NCBI GenBank assembly: GCA_964625065.1
Contig: CAZUZL010000003.1
Coordinates: 1,730 to 65,729, forward strand
Source: an uncultured Candidatus Saccharibacteria bacterium
Lineage (GTDB): Bacteria; Patescibacteriota; Minisyncoccia; Phycocordibacterales; UBA9973
Direction of reading: 5' to 3'
DNA: 64,000 nucleotides
Position numbers and translations under genes: made by a program
Notes under the pieces: model-generated
The model's input: the letters and a program-made list of their open reading frames with translations, nothing else
Database searches by the model: none
What the model was told of the DNA's origin: nothing
Shown: positions 1 to 10,421 of the stretch, piece after piece
Numbering within the stretch: position 1 is the first letter of the stretch
Layout of the letters: the number at the start of each line of letters is the position of its first letter

Positions 1-1
1 T

Positions 2-655
2 CTGGCAGACTGGGTTACAGAACACTACCCAGCACTAGTTGGTGTGGGCGAACATATGGAATGGACCGACCAAAAAACCAATGAAGTGGTTAAAATACCA
101 CGCCCAGGTATAGTGCACCGATTAGACAAAGAAACTTCTGGTGTAATGATACTGGCTAAAAACGACAGAAGTTTTGGCTACCTTAAAAAACAATTTTTAG
201 AACATAAAATACAGAAAACTTACCGTGCATTTTTATATGGACATGTAACAAAAGATATGGGTACTATCGACGCACCGATAGGGCGTAACAGTGGCGACAT
301 ACGTAAATGGGTAGCCGGACGTGGTGGGCATACTGCTATACGCGAAGCTAATACCCAATACCGTGTTATAAACCGCGGTAAGGACAGTTCCGGGGAAAAG
401 GTTACATATGTAGAAGCCTACCCCATGACAGGCCGTACGCACCAACTACGGGCACATTTTGTGTATATAAACCACCCTATAGTTGCAGATTATTTATATG
501 CTGGCCAAAAGCCTAAATTACTTGGTTTTGAACGTGTTGCCCTACACAGTATGAAGTTAAAAATATCTATTTCCCCTGGAAATGTGCATGTTTTTGAAGC
601 CCCATTACCTGCAGATTTTATTAGTGCTGAAGCTGGGGTGCAAATAGACGCATAA
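2..655 (+). CDS. RluA/RluD-family pseudouridine synthase (5' end outside window)
   Basis: GIVHRLDKETSG and TGRTHQLR motifs; frame open from base 2. Confidence 0.92.
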   Translation: MADWVTEHYPALVGVGEHMEWTDQKTNEVVKIPRPGIVHRLDKETSGVMILAKNDRSFGYLKKQFLEHKIQKTYRAFLYGHVTKDMGTIDAPIGRNSGDIRKWVAGRGGHTAIREANTQYRVINRGKDSSGEKVTYVEAYPMTGRTHQLRAHFVYINHPIVADYLYAGQKPKLLGFERVALHSMKLKISISPGNVHVFEAPLPADFISAEAGVQIDA

Positions 656-701
656 ACCCCCTCCGCCCTGTCGGGCACCTCCCCCTTATCAAGGGGAGGA
701 A
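655..701. repeat. GC-rich palindromic repeat, family A
   Basis: CCCCCTCCGCCCTGTCGGGCACCTCCCCCTTATCAAGGGGAGG; near-copy at 45092. Confidence 0.75.
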
Positions 702-764
702 ACTTAAAAAATACTAATTATTTCCAACTTGCGATACTTGGCTAAATATGCTAGAGTATCGGCT

Positions 765-1187
765 ATGAACGCAACAATCAAATCTCCGGTAAATATCGAC
801 GAACGCAAAGCTTTGGACTTCAAAGCTGGCGACACTATTCGCGTATGGAGTAAAATTATCGAAAAAGGTAAGACTCGTCTACAGGCTTTTGAAGGCTTGG
901 TACTTGCCCGCAAACACGGCAAAGACGCAGGTGCAACATACACTGTTCGCAAAGTATCAAACGGTGTTGGTGTAGAACGTATTTTTCCACTTTATTCTCC
1001 AGCAGTAGATTCAGTAGAAATATTGAAGCGTGCTAAAACTCGTCGTGCTAAACTTTACTTCATCCGCGACAAAGCTGTTAAAGAAGTTGCAAAACGCCTT
1101 CGCGCAGTTGTTACATCAGCTAAAAAAGGTATAGTTGTTTCAGCCACAGAAGAAGCAGAAGCAATAATCGAAGCTGTTACAGAATAA
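765..1187 (+). CDS. rplS: 50S ribosomal protein L19
   Basis: [38 protein letters not shown]. Confidence 0.97.
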   Translation: MNATIKSPVNIDERKALDFKAGDTIRVWSKIIEKGKTRLQAFEGLVLARKHGKDAGATYTVRKVSNGVGVERIFPLYSPAVDSVEILKRAKTRRAKLYFIRDKAVKEVAKRLRAVVTSAKKGIVVSATEEAEAIIEAVTE

Positions 1188-1271
1188 TTTTAAGAAACTT
1201 TATAAAAATACTTACACATGTAAGTATTTTTATTTGTCTAATTTTAAAATTTTTATGCTAAACTATATATT

Positions 1272-2531
1272 ATGAAAAACGAAGTTGAAGAATATTGGGA
1301 AACTCTTGGTCCTGGACTAACTACCGGTGCATCGGACGACGACCCGTCTGGTATAGCCACATATTCGCAAGCAGGGGCAACATATGGTTTTTCTTTGTTG
1401 TGGATGTCTTTGTTTACATTCCCACTTATGGCAGTAGTTCAGGAAATGTGCGCACGTATTGGTTTGGCAACTGGCCAGGGCCTGGCTGCAAATATACGCA
1501 CGCATTACCCTAAGAAGATTTTATACACAGCTACATTTTTACTTCTTGTTGCAAACATTTTTAATATTGGTGCAGACCTGGGTGCAATGGCCAAAGGCGT
1601 ACAGTTGGTTTTACCAAACGTGTCTTTTGCATTACTTGTAATATTGTTTGGGGTAGGGGGTTTGTTATTACAAGTTTTTGTAGACTATAAAACATACGCT
1701 AAATATTTAAAATATTTAGCCCTAGTTTTGTTTTCGTATGTTGCAACAGCTTTGTTTGTACATATGGACTGGGCGATGGTATTAAAAAATACAGTTATAC
1801 CACATATAACATTTTCTAAAGACCAGATATTTTTAATTTGTGGCATATTAGGTACAACAATATCGCCGTATTTATTCTTCTGGCAAACATCTCAGGAAGT
1901 TGAAGAAGAAATACTTTCGTCCGACCCAACACTGCCACGTAAACATAATCTGTCTGATATGGAGGTTAAAAAAATGCGTACCGACGTATGGAGCGGTATG
2001 TTTATATCAAACGTAGTTATGTTTTTTATTATAGCTACAACAGGTGCAACATTGTTTTCACAGGGTATAACCATAACTACTGCTGCAGATGCTGCACAGG
2101 CGCTACGCCCATTGGCTGGTAACTTTGCATTTATATTATTTGCCATCGGTATTTTAGGTACTGGTATGTTGGCTATACCTGTATTAGCTGGGTCTTCTGC
2201 GTATGCAGTTTCAGAATCTATGGGTTGGAAGTTTGGCTTGTACCGTAAACTTAAGGAAGCCTACGCGTTTTATGGTGTTATAGCATTAGCAACTATAGTT
2301 GGTATAGTTTTAAACTTTGTCGGCATAGACCCAATAAAGGCATTGATATATTCTGCAGTACTAAACGGTATTATTGCACCTATAGTTTTGTATTTTATAG
2401 TTAAGCTATCAAGTAACCCAGAAGTTATGGGTAATAGAGCAAATTCGCGCCTTGTTAAAACTATCGGTTGGCTAACTATTTTACTTATGGGTCTAACTGC
2501 TGTGTCTGTTATTGTGTCGTTTTTCTTATAG
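1272..2531 (+). CDS. NRAMP-family divalent metal transporter
   Basis: LGPGLTTGASDDDPSGIATYSQAGA, GTTISPYLFFWQ; many TM helices. Confidence 0.9.
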   Translation: MKNEVEEYWETLGPGLTTGASDDDPSGIATYSQAGATYGFSLLWMSLFTFPLMAVVQEMCARIGLATGQGLAANIRTHYPKKILYTATFLLLVANIFNIGADLGAMAKGVQLVLPNVSFALLVILFGVGGLLLQVFVDYKTYAKYLKYLALVLFSYVATALFVHMDWAMVLKNTVIPHITFSKDQIFLICGILGTTISPYLFFWQTSQEVEEEILSSDPTLPRKHNLSDMEVKKMRTDVWSGMFISNVVMFFIIATTGATLFSQGITITTAADAAQALRPLAGNFAFILFAIGILGTGMLAIPVLAGSSAYAVSESMGWKFGLYRKLKEAYAFYGVIALATIVGIVLNFVGIDPIKALIYSAVLNGIIAPIVLYFIVKLSSNPEVMGNRANSRLVKTIGWLTILLMGLTAVSVIVSFFL

Positions 2532-2554
2532 TTTGTTTGTGGTACAATAGCCAA

Positions 2555-3067
2555 ATGCAATGGTATACAATACAACATGTTTTATGGGCTGCGAGCGTTT
2601 TGTCGTTTGTTGGTCTTTTTATTTCAACTAAACTACTAGTCGACAAAATACGCCACAGATCAACCATGTGTGCCCGTAATGGCAGTGGTTGCGAAAGGGT
2701 TACTAATAGTCCGTATTCTACATTTTTACGCGTGCCACTAGCGCTGTGGGGTAGTTTGTTTTATTTACTTGTTCTAACTGCAAGTGTGTTTAATTTAATT
2801 ATTATTACATACTATGTAACAGCCCAAGGTATAAACATATCTGCTGGCCTAATGACAGTAAACACATGGTTTACCAGTGTTGTGTTTACTTTAATACCGC
2901 TTGGTGCCATTATATCTGTACGTTTGTTATATCTACAAAAGAAAATAGGTGCATGGTGCCGTTGGTGTGTTAGTCAGGAAGTTGTTGCCATATTGTTAAC
3001 TATAGTTTCTTTTAAACTTACTGTCAGTATGGCATCTATTTTAAAAATGCTTATTACTTTTAATTAA
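2555..3067 (+). CDS. Vitamin K epoxide reductase (VKOR) family protein
   Basis: C-x5-C..V..SPYS and WCRWC (CxxC) motifs, TM helices; ATG 6 nt after TACAAT. Confidence 0.85.
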   Translation: MQWYTIQHVLWAASVLSFVGLFISTKLLVDKIRHRSTMCARNGSGCERVTNSPYSTFLRVPLALWGSLFYLLVLTASVFNLIIITYYVTAQGINISAGLMTVNTWFTSVVFTLIPLGAIISVRLLYLQKKIGAWCRWCVSQEVVAILLTIVSFKLTVSMASILKMLITFN

Positions 3068-3633
3068 TGCTATATACAGGCAAGGGTGACAAAGGAACAA
3101 CTAAACTTTTCGACTCACCATCTGGTGTGCGTGTTTCTAAATCAGACATATTGTTCGACGCATTAGGTACCGTAGACGAATTAAATTCTTTTCTAGGTCT
3201 ATGCAAAGTGAAGAGCCAGTTTGCAGTTATTAGTGAACAGTTTATAGATTTAGTTTCAATAATACATAACGTACAGAATAATTTATTTATTATTCAGGCC
3301 CAATTGGCTGGTGCAGGCAAAAGCATCGAACAAAAAAGTATAGAAGAAATAGAAAAAATTATTAATGATATAGAAACTTCTCTACCACCCATTACTACAT
3401 TCTTTGTTTCTGGGGGTACAGAATTAGCAGCACTTTTCGACACTGCCCGGGCAATATCACGACGTGCAGAACGCGTAGTTATAAAAGTTTCTGAACAAAA
3501 TAGTACTGAAATAAGTAGAACAATACAACCAGAAACATTGCAGTACTTAAACCGGCTTTCTAGTCTACTGTACGCCTGCGCACGGTATGCAAACCATGTG
3601 TCTGGGGTAGGCGACAATGCCCCCACATACTAG
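3067..3633 (+). CDS. PduO-type cob(I)alamin adenosyltransferase
   Basis: LYTGKGDKGTT, GTVDELNS, RRAER, YLNRLSS. Confidence 0.9.
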   Translation: MLYTGKGDKGTTKLFDSPSGVRVSKSDILFDALGTVDELNSFLGLCKVKSQFAVISEQFIDLVSIIHNVQNNLFIIQAQLAGAGKSIEQKSIEEIEKIINDIETSLPPITTFFVSGGTELAALFDTARAISRRAERVVIKVSEQNSTEISRTIQPETLQYLNRLSSLLYACARYANHVSGVGDNAPTY

Positions 3634-3804
3634 ACTTGACTAGACATATAAAAGGTATATGATTTAAATAGATTCATTTTAAGGTTTTGGTTACCTTTTC
3701 GGTGAGCGAAATTTTAGGAGGATAAATTAAAGATCATAATACTCTACTACAGCCAGGTCTCAGTACCTGGTTGTTTTGTTTTACTGTTGTGGTATATTTC
3801 GTGT

Positions 3805-4395
3805 ATGAACCATTTCCAAAACATACTTAATTTTCAGAAATTACTTAAGAAATTTAACTTAATATACCGTGACTTGTCTTCTATACATAAACATTCAGAA
3901 CCCGATAATGATGTAGAACATTCTTTTCGTGTTGCCATGCTTTGTTGGATGGTTATCGAGGAATACAAATTAAAATACGATGTTAACAAGGTTATTCAGT
4001 ATGCTTTAGTTCATGACATGGTAGAAATATACGCAGGGGACAAGTCTATATATTCTAAATATAAACAGTCTGACAAAGAAGCAAAAGAACATAAGTCTTT
4101 AATGCGTCTTAAAAAAGAATTTCCTAACCTAAAATCTATATGGAAACTAATAGAAACTTATGAAAAAAGGAATGATGATGAAGCAAAATTTGTTTACGTT
4201 ATAGAAAAACTCGAACCAGTGTTTTCTATAATTTTATCTGAACAAGATCATTGGAAAAAGAGAAACGTATCGATAGATATGTTTGTAGATTTAAAACAAA
4301 GAAAAATAAAAAATATAGATACATTTGCACAAGTATTTAACGACGGATTAGTTACATACTTGAAAAAGAATAAAAAGAAATTTTTTAAATCTTAA
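3805..4395 (+). CDS. HD-domain phosphohydrolase (YfbR-like)
   Basis: EHSFRVA and ALVHDMVEIYAGD. Confidence 0.85.
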   Translation: MNHFQNILNFQKLLKKFNLIYRDLSSIHKHSEPDNDVEHSFRVAMLCWMVIEEYKLKYDVNKVIQYALVHDMVEIYAGDKSIYSKYKQSDKEAKEHKSLMRLKKEFPNLKSIWKLIETYEKRNDDEAKFVYVIEKLEPVFSIILSEQDHWKKRNVSIDMFVDLKQRKIKNIDTFAQVFNDGLVTYLKKNKKKFFKS

Positions 4396-4425
4396 ATATA
4401 AAACAACCAGTTTTTACGGGTTGTT

Positions 4426-5322
4426 TTATATTTTTTGTAATTTATTTAAAAAAGTATTTATAACATCTTTGTTTGGATCTATCCATATACCCAATTCTCG
4501 AGATTTTTTGTAGGGTGTTTCAATCTCAATTTCTGTCGAGCATCTTTTAGAGGGGTACCATGTTCCACAATAAATTGTGCTATCAATAAAAGCAATGTTT
4601 GTGTGTAAGCGATCAGGTTTTTTATCTGAAAAGGTTACTTCTACGTTACCAAAGGAACCGAAATTATTTTCTTTGTATTTCGGAGATAGAATAAATTTTA
4701 TAGGTATTTTTGTAGAAATATCTCGGAAATCACCCATAATTTTGCATTCTTTGCTGCATGATTTAAAGTAACAAATAATAGAATTTGCTTCATGCATATG
4801 TGATTTCCACATCTCGTTAATTGTATCAATCTTAGTTTTTGGGTCGCGGATCACGATGCCTAATTTCAGTAGTTCAACAGATTCATTTTTTGATATAAAT
4901 TCTTTAGACAACATCATTGCGATATTGCTGTTTTGTATTTTAACCATAGTGTCGTAAGGATTTTGTTGGTTAAACTTTTCTTGAAGGGACGTTGTAAATA
5001 TATAAACAAATAAATTATCGATGATTATATATTTTGAATGTAAACGGTATTCAGATATCATTTTGTACTTAGTAAATAATGTCTTTTTCGGTAAAACAAT
5101 TTCACCCTCAGTATATTTCTTCTCGTCAAAGATAATAGTTAGAGGTATTTTCTCGTCCACTTTATTTTCGATAGAAGTAATAATGTCAATATCAGACAAA
5201 CCTGATAATTCGCAATATATACTGGATTTTGCAGAATTTATTGCATCTAAAATATCCTGCTTAATTTCTTTGTATTGCAAGATGGCAACAGATTTTATAT
5301 GAGGATATTTTTCCATAATCAT
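4426..5322 (-). CDS. Phospholipase D-like (HKD) domain protein
   Basis: LHSKYIIID (HxKxxxxD) and a degenerate second copy LHTNIAFID. Confidence 0.7.
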   Translation of the reverse strand: MIMEKYPHIKSVAILQYKEIKQDILDAINSAKSSIYCELSGLSDIDIITSIENKVDEKIPLTIIFDEKKYTEGEIVLPKKTLFTKYKMISEYRLHSKYIIIDNLFVYIFTTSLQEKFNQQNPYDTMVKIQNSNIAMMLSKEFISKNESVELLKLGIVIRDPKTKIDTINEMWKSHMHEANSIICYFKSCSKECKIMGDFRDISTKIPIKFILSPKYKENNFGSFGNVEVTFSDKKPDRLHTNIAFIDSTIYCGTWYPSKRCSTEIEIETPYKKSRELGIWIDPNKDVINTFLNKLQKI

Positions 5323-5404
5323 TATATATTTTTTACTAATAGGGATATAGACGGGGATAATTAGAAATTTCTTGGGGTCCCGGATATTTCCTTCGTCAGT
5401 TAAG

Positions 5405-5519
5405 TCGGGAATTGGTCACAAATAAATTTTCAGGAGAAAATTTTTCGCGACCCCGACTCGCCGACCCGAAGGGTGCCCCGGCTCCGTCTTTCAATATCCC
5501 GATAGGCACACCAAAAATA
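5405..5519 (-). other. Fold-back element downstream of tRNA-His containing an inverted copy of the tRNA 3' end
   Basis: TTCAATATCCCGATAGGCACACCAAAAATA (5490-5519) versus tRNA strand TTCAATTCCCGATAGGCACCCAAAAATA; internal stems. Confidence 0.7.
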
Positions 5520-5555
5520 TAGTCGTCCAATGTTACACATAGTCCTCGTTATTTT

Positions 5556-5630
5556 TGGGTGCCTATCGGGAATTGAACCCGAATCGAGGGTTCCACAAAC
5601 CCCAGTGTTAACCATTACACCATAGGCACC
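5556..5630 (-). tRNA. tRNA-His(GTG) with encoded G-1
   Basis: Acceptor GTGCCTA/TAGGCAC, anticodon loop TTGTGGA, T-arm GGTTCAATTCC, G-1:C73. Confidence 0.95.
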
Positions 5631-5725
5631 ATCGTTCCATCTGAACGGTACTATTAAAGCATATTTTATTGCTTTATTCAAGTTTTCTAATTGGCGATTA
5701 ATTTTTATGTGCTATCATTACTAAT

Positions 5726-6319
5726 ATGGAAAATTGGCTTGTGGAATTTGGTGCAAATCATGCATATATAGTATACGTCGTTATTGCTTTTGTTGGTATT
5801 GCTGAAGGCCCTGTTTTATCAGTGTTAATGGGTGTTTTGCTACGCCTGGGGCATTTTAGTTTTTTGCCAGTCTACATTGCGCTAATGTCAGGCGACCTAA
5901 TAGGTGACACTGTTTTGTACATGCTGGGCTACTACTATGGCCACAACCTAATCAAAAAATTCAAAAGGTGGTTTAATATTTCAGAACAAGGTTTAAGCAA
6001 AATAGAAACTTCGTTTCATAAACATAAACACAAAATACTTATTTTTTCTAAACTTACAAACGGTATGGGTTTAGGTATGGTTGTGTTGGCCACAGCGGGT
6101 ATTGTACGCATACCATATGCGCGGTTTATAGTTATTAATTTTTTTGGTCAGTTGGTTTGGTCTGGGTTATTGCTGTCTATTGGCTATTTCTTTGGGCATG
6201 TTTACAGTCAAGTTTCTTCGGTGTTGTCTAAAATGCTGTTATTAAGTTTGTTTGCAATTATATTTTATATTGCTTATTACTATACTAAAAAAATGCGTAG
6301 TACTGTTATTTCTGAATAG
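5726..6319 (+). CDS. DedA/VTT family membrane protein
   Basis: GDLIGDTVLYMLG, AGIVRIPYARF..N. Confidence 0.85.
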   Translation: MENWLVEFGANHAYIVYVVIAFVGIAEGPVLSVLMGVLLRLGHFSFLPVYIALMSGDLIGDTVLYMLGYYYGHNLIKKFKRWFNISEQGLSKIETSFHKHKHKILIFSKLTNGMGLGMVVLATAGIVRIPYARFIVINFFGQLVWSGLLLSIGYFFGHVYSQVSSVLSKMLLLSLFAIIFYIAYYYTKKMRSTVISE

Positions 6320-6356
6320 TAAAACATAGGTTTAGCAAACGTGTTATACTGTATTT

Positions 6357-7166
6357 ATGAATAATGAAAAAACACCTATATTTAAGCCTGAAGAGAAAAA
6401 ACAACTATTAACCCAACTACTTGTTAGTTTTGGTATATTGTTGGTTGCAGTTGGTATAGGGTTTTTGGGTAATAAATTTGAAAACAAAACAAATAACAAC
6501 GAAAATACAAATGTAGACACAAGTCAAAACACCGCAGACGAACTAGGTATTATAAAAATAGAAGACAAAACCGCACCTTATTTAGACATAACAGCCGAAT
6601 ACCCAACAACTGGTGTTGGTTCTGCAAATGTAAAACAAAGTGTACTAGACATAATACAAGCTTTTAAAACAGAAAACGACTTTTCAAAATATACACCAAC
6701 TGAACTAGAAAACATTGGACTTACAGCTGACAGACAATACCAACTTGTAATAAAATATGTAAACACAGCAGGTAAAAATACAGTTACACACCGTATAGAT
6801 TCGTACGCATTTACAGGTGGGGCACATGGTGGCAACTTTGTTGAAACATATACATTTACACCCGACGAAAAAATACTAGCCGTAACAGATTTGTTTACAG
6901 ATTCTACAAAAGGCTTAGACTTAGTTTCTAAAAAAACAGTCGACTACATAAAAAACAACCCAGACTATACAGATGGGCTACCTACAGCATGGTTCGACGA
7001 AGGTGTTGCACCAACTGTTGAAAACTACGCTGCATTTGAATTAACCAAAGACACATTAGTTATAATATTCCAGCAATACCAAGCACTGCCATATGTATAT
7101 GGTAATATAGAAATTCCAATTCCACTGACAGAATTAACCACAGTATTAAAACCAGAGTTTAAATAG
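6357..7166 (+). CDS. DUF3298/RsiV-like membrane-anchored protein
   Basis: N-terminal TM; FTGGAHG and FQQYQ..PYVYG motifs. Confidence 0.75.
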   Translation: MNNEKTPIFKPEEKKQLLTQLLVSFGILLVAVGIGFLGNKFENKTNNNENTNVDTSQNTADELGIIKIEDKTAPYLDITAEYPTTGVGSANVKQSVLDIIQAFKTENDFSKYTPTELENIGLTADRQYQLVIKYVNTAGKNTVTHRIDSYAFTGGAHGGNFVETYTFTPDEKILAVTDLFTDSTKGLDLVSKKTVDYIKNNPDYTDGLPTAWFDEGVAPTVENYAAFELTKDTLVIIFQQYQALPYVYGNIEIPIPLTELTTVLKPEFK

Positions 7167-7210
7167 TTACTACCCCTGTTCGCTTTTTACTAGTCACTTA
7201 TTACTATATT

Positions 7211-8890
7211 ATGACCCAAGACCAAGCTTTAAAAATAATGAAAACCGGGGTAAATGTTTACCTTACTGGTAGCGCTGGGTCTGGTAAAACATATTTATTA
7301 AACAGATACATTGCATATTTAAAGGAACACGACGTACCAGTTGCCGTTACAGCGTCGACCGGTATTGCCGCTACGCACATGTCTGGTATGACTATACACG
7401 GTTGGGCGGGTATAGGTGTGCGCGAAAAACTGGACCCGTACGACATGGAACAGTTAGAAGAAAAACAATATTTATGGAAACGTTTTGAACAAGCGCGCGT
7501 TTTGATTATAGACGAAGTTTCTATGCTGCATGCGCACCGTTTGGATATGGTAGACAAAGTTTGCCGTAAATTTAAACGTGTAGACAAACCTTTTGGTGGT
7601 TTACAGGTTATATTGTGTGGCGACTTTTTCCAACTTCCACCAGTAACAAAAGGTGGCGACATTAGTGCGCGCGACATGGTTATACATTCTAACGTCTGGA
7701 AAAACATGGGTCTGGCCATTTGTTATATAGACGAACAACACCGCCAGGAAGACGAACAGTTTACACTGTTACTAAATGCAATACGTGACAACACTATCGA
7801 CGAAGGCCACATGGACATGTTGCAACAACGTTACCAGGCAACATTGGGCGACGATGTTCGACCAACAAAACTATATACACATAATAAAAACGTAGACGCA
7901 GAAAACAACAATGAACTTGAAGCCTTAACCACAGGGTCACATGTGTATAGAATGTCTACAACAGGCAAAGACACAATAGTAGATATTTTGAAAAAAAGTT
8001 GCCTTGCTCAAGAAACTTTAATTATAAAAGAAGGTGCTGAAGTAATGTTTATTAAAAACAATTTCGAAGAAGGTTATGTAAACGGCACACGTGGGTGGGT
8101 AAGTGGTTTTACTGAAACCGGTATGCCGATAGTTACAACTTATACTTCTAAGAAAGAAATAATGGTTAGTCCAGCAACATGGGCAATAGAAGAAGACAAT
8201 AAAGTTAAAGCCTCATTGGCACAGTTACCACTACGTTTAGCGTGGGCTATAACTATACATAAAAGCCAGGGTATGTCGTTAGACCATGCAGAAATAGACT
8301 TAACTAATACATTTACATACGGTATGGGTTATGTAGCCCTGTCACGTGTGCGTACATTGGCTGGTATACGGCTAATTGGTTTTAACCCTAATGCATTGGC
8401 TGTAGACCCCGAAGTTTTGTTGTACGACAAATACCTACGTACTGAAAGTAATAAAAACGAACTGCTATTTGCCGACCTTACACCGCAGGCACAAACAGAA
8501 ATGGAACAAACTTTTATTGTACAGATGGGGGGTAGTATAGATGTAACTAAAACAGTAGACGCAAGTGGTAAAGCTAAAAAAATACCGACACTGTTAAAAA
8601 CATTAGAACTTGTTCAAGATGGTAAAACCATAAAACAAATTGCCGACACACGTAACCTAACCACCGGTACTGTTATTAGCCATATAGAACAAATAGTAGA
8701 CCAATACCCAGATGTAAAAATAGACCACATGAAACCCGACGAAAAACATATTCGTTTAATTTCAGAAATCCAAGAAAAACTAAAACCAGCAGATAAAAAC
8801 AAACTAACCCCAATAAAAATAACATTGGAAAAGTCCGGCCATAAACTAAGTTTCGAAGACATCCGCCTGGCACTATTGTTTTGTAAGTAA
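7211..8890 (+). CDS. PIF1-family helicase with C-terminal HTH
   Basis: TGSAGSGKT, IIDEVSM, GDFFQLPPV, WAITIHKSQGMSL. Confidence 0.92.
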   Translation: MTQDQALKIMKTGVNVYLTGSAGSGKTYLLNRYIAYLKEHDVPVAVTASTGIAATHMSGMTIHGWAGIGVREKLDPYDMEQLEEKQYLWKRFEQARVLIIDEVSMLHAHRLDMVDKVCRKFKRVDKPFGGLQVILCGDFFQLPPVTKGGDISARDMVIHSNVWKNMGLAICYIDEQHRQEDEQFTLLLNAIRDNTIDEGHMDMLQQRYQATLGDDVRPTKLYTHNKNVDAENNNELEALTTGSHVYRMSTTGKDTIVDILKKSCLAQETLIIKEGAEVMFIKNNFEEGYVNGTRGWVSGFTETGMPIVTTYTSKKEIMVSPATWAIEEDNKVKASLAQLPLRLAWAITIHKSQGMSLDHAEIDLTNTFTYGMGYVALSRVRTLAGIRLIGFNPNALAVDPEVLLYDKYLRTESNKNELLFADLTPQAQTEMEQTFIVQMGGSIDVTKTVDASGKAKKIPTLLKTLELVQDGKTIKQIADTRNLTTGTVISHIEQIVDQYPDVKIDHMKPDEKHIRLISEIQEKLKPADKNKLTPIKITLEKSGHKLSFEDIRLALLFCK

Positions 8891-8973
8891 CTTTATATGT
8901 TATAATATCAAGACGGGGTATATACCGTCGACAGACCCTATATTACTTGATTAAATAAAAGAAATTCACATAT

Positions 8974-9756
8974 ATGCAATCTAAGAAAATTATATCTGGA
9001 ATACTAATGGCAGGTATGTTAGTACCTATGTTGGCCTTTGCTGAAAGCGAAAACAACGGAACACAAACACCAGAACCAACACTAACTAGTGTTACAACAA
9101 CAGCACCTGTAAAACTACGTGGTTTCTGTGCAGACATAACTAAAATCGGTGCAAAAACTGAACAAAAGTTTGCCGAATCAGAAAACAAAAGACTAGACAA
9201 CAAAGACCTTCAAGAAAAGAAAAAAGTTGAACGTCAAAACGTAGTTGACCAAAAACGTATGGAAAACCGTACTAATTCAGATCAGAAACGTGAAGACAAA
9301 AACGGTCAAATGATGGGCAAAGTTTTAACTGATGCACAAAAAACAGCGTTAGCAACATATAAAACAACATTAGACACAGCTGTAGCAACACGCCGCAGTG
9401 CAATAGATGCTGCAGTAAAAGCTTTCCGCGATGCAACTGTAACTGCTATAGCAACACGCCAAACACAAGTAGACGCATTAACTGCAACATACAAAACAGC
9501 AGTAACTGCTGCTGCAGAAAAAGCTAAAACAGACTGTGCTAGTGGTACATCTAGTAAAGATGCGCAATTAACATACAAAACAGCTGTAAAAACTGCTAAA
9601 ACAGCATTAGAAACAGCACGCAAAGCACTTGTAGCTGACACTTCTATAACTGCTGCAAAAACAGTTCGCGACACTGCTGTAAAGGCCGCTGAAGATGCAT
9701 TTAAAACTACAATGGAAGCCGCAAAAGCTACATTAAAAACAGCTTTGCAACAATAA
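8974..9756 (+). CDS. Secreted Ala/Lys/Thr-rich helical protein
   Basis: Signal peptide ending AFA; low-complexity helical repeats. Confidence 0.75.
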   Translation: MQSKKIISGILMAGMLVPMLAFAESENNGTQTPEPTLTSVTTTAPVKLRGFCADITKIGAKTEQKFAESENKRLDNKDLQEKKKVERQNVVDQKRMENRTNSDQKREDKNGQMMGKVLTDAQKTALATYKTTLDTAVATRRSAIDAAVKAFRDATVTAIATRQTQVDALTATYKTAVTAAAEKAKTDCASGTSSKDAQLTYKTAVKTAKTALETARKALVADTSITAAKTVRDTAVKAAEDAFKTTMEAAKATLKTALQQ

Positions 9757-9823
9757 AATATTTATTTTATAAAAAACAAAACACCATACAAGGTGTTTTG
9801 TTTTTTATGTTATAATGGTTTTT

Positions 9824-10420
9824 ATGATACAGCACTTGATAAGTTCGCTCTCGCCGGAAACTATATATGTACTTGTGGGTCTAATTTTGTTTTTAGAATC
9901 AGCGATTGTGTTCTTCTTCTTTCTACCAGGCGACAGCCTTTTGTTTTCGTTGGGTATATACATATCGTACGGTTTACTGGACGCGCATGTGTTACTACCA
10001 GTGTTAATAGTGTCTGCAATATTAGGCAACTTGGTGGGTTACTGGTTAGGTAAATATTTTGGCCAAAAATGGATACGCGTTGGTTATACAAAATACATAA
10101 AACCAGAATATTTTAGAAGGTCTGAAAAGTTTTTTAGTAACTATGGTTCTGTTTCAGTTTTTTTGTCCAGGTTTGTACCTATAGTCAGAACTATTATGCC
10201 TTTTTTAGCAGGTATAGCTAATATGAAAAAAAACAAGTTTACTGTGTTCAGTATTGTCGGTGGGGTAGTGTGGGTTTCTGTTGTAGTTTCTGTTGGGTAT
10301 TTCTTTGGTAACACAGTTTCAATAGCTAATGTAGAACGTTTCGTACTGTTACTAATGCTAGCTGTGGTTTTTATAGTGCCATTTGCAATGAAATATATTA
10401 GAAAATATATATTAAAATAA
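9824..10420 (+). CDS. DedA family membrane protein
   Basis: FLPGDSLL, RFVPIVRT, LAGIANM. Confidence 0.9.
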   Translation: MIQHLISSLSPETIYVLVGLILFLESAIVFFFFLPGDSLLFSLGIYISYGLLDAHVLLPVLIVSAILGNLVGYWLGKYFGQKWIRVGYTKYIKPEYFRRSEKFFSNYGSVSVFLSRFVPIVRTIMPFLAGIANMKKNKFTVFSIVGGVVWVSVVVSVGYFFGNTVSIANVERFVLLLMLAVVFIVPFAMKYIRKYILK

Positions 10421-10421
10421 A

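Noticed and set aside
5430-5681. 83-aa minus-strand ORF
   Set aside because: Overlaps tRNA-His; spurious
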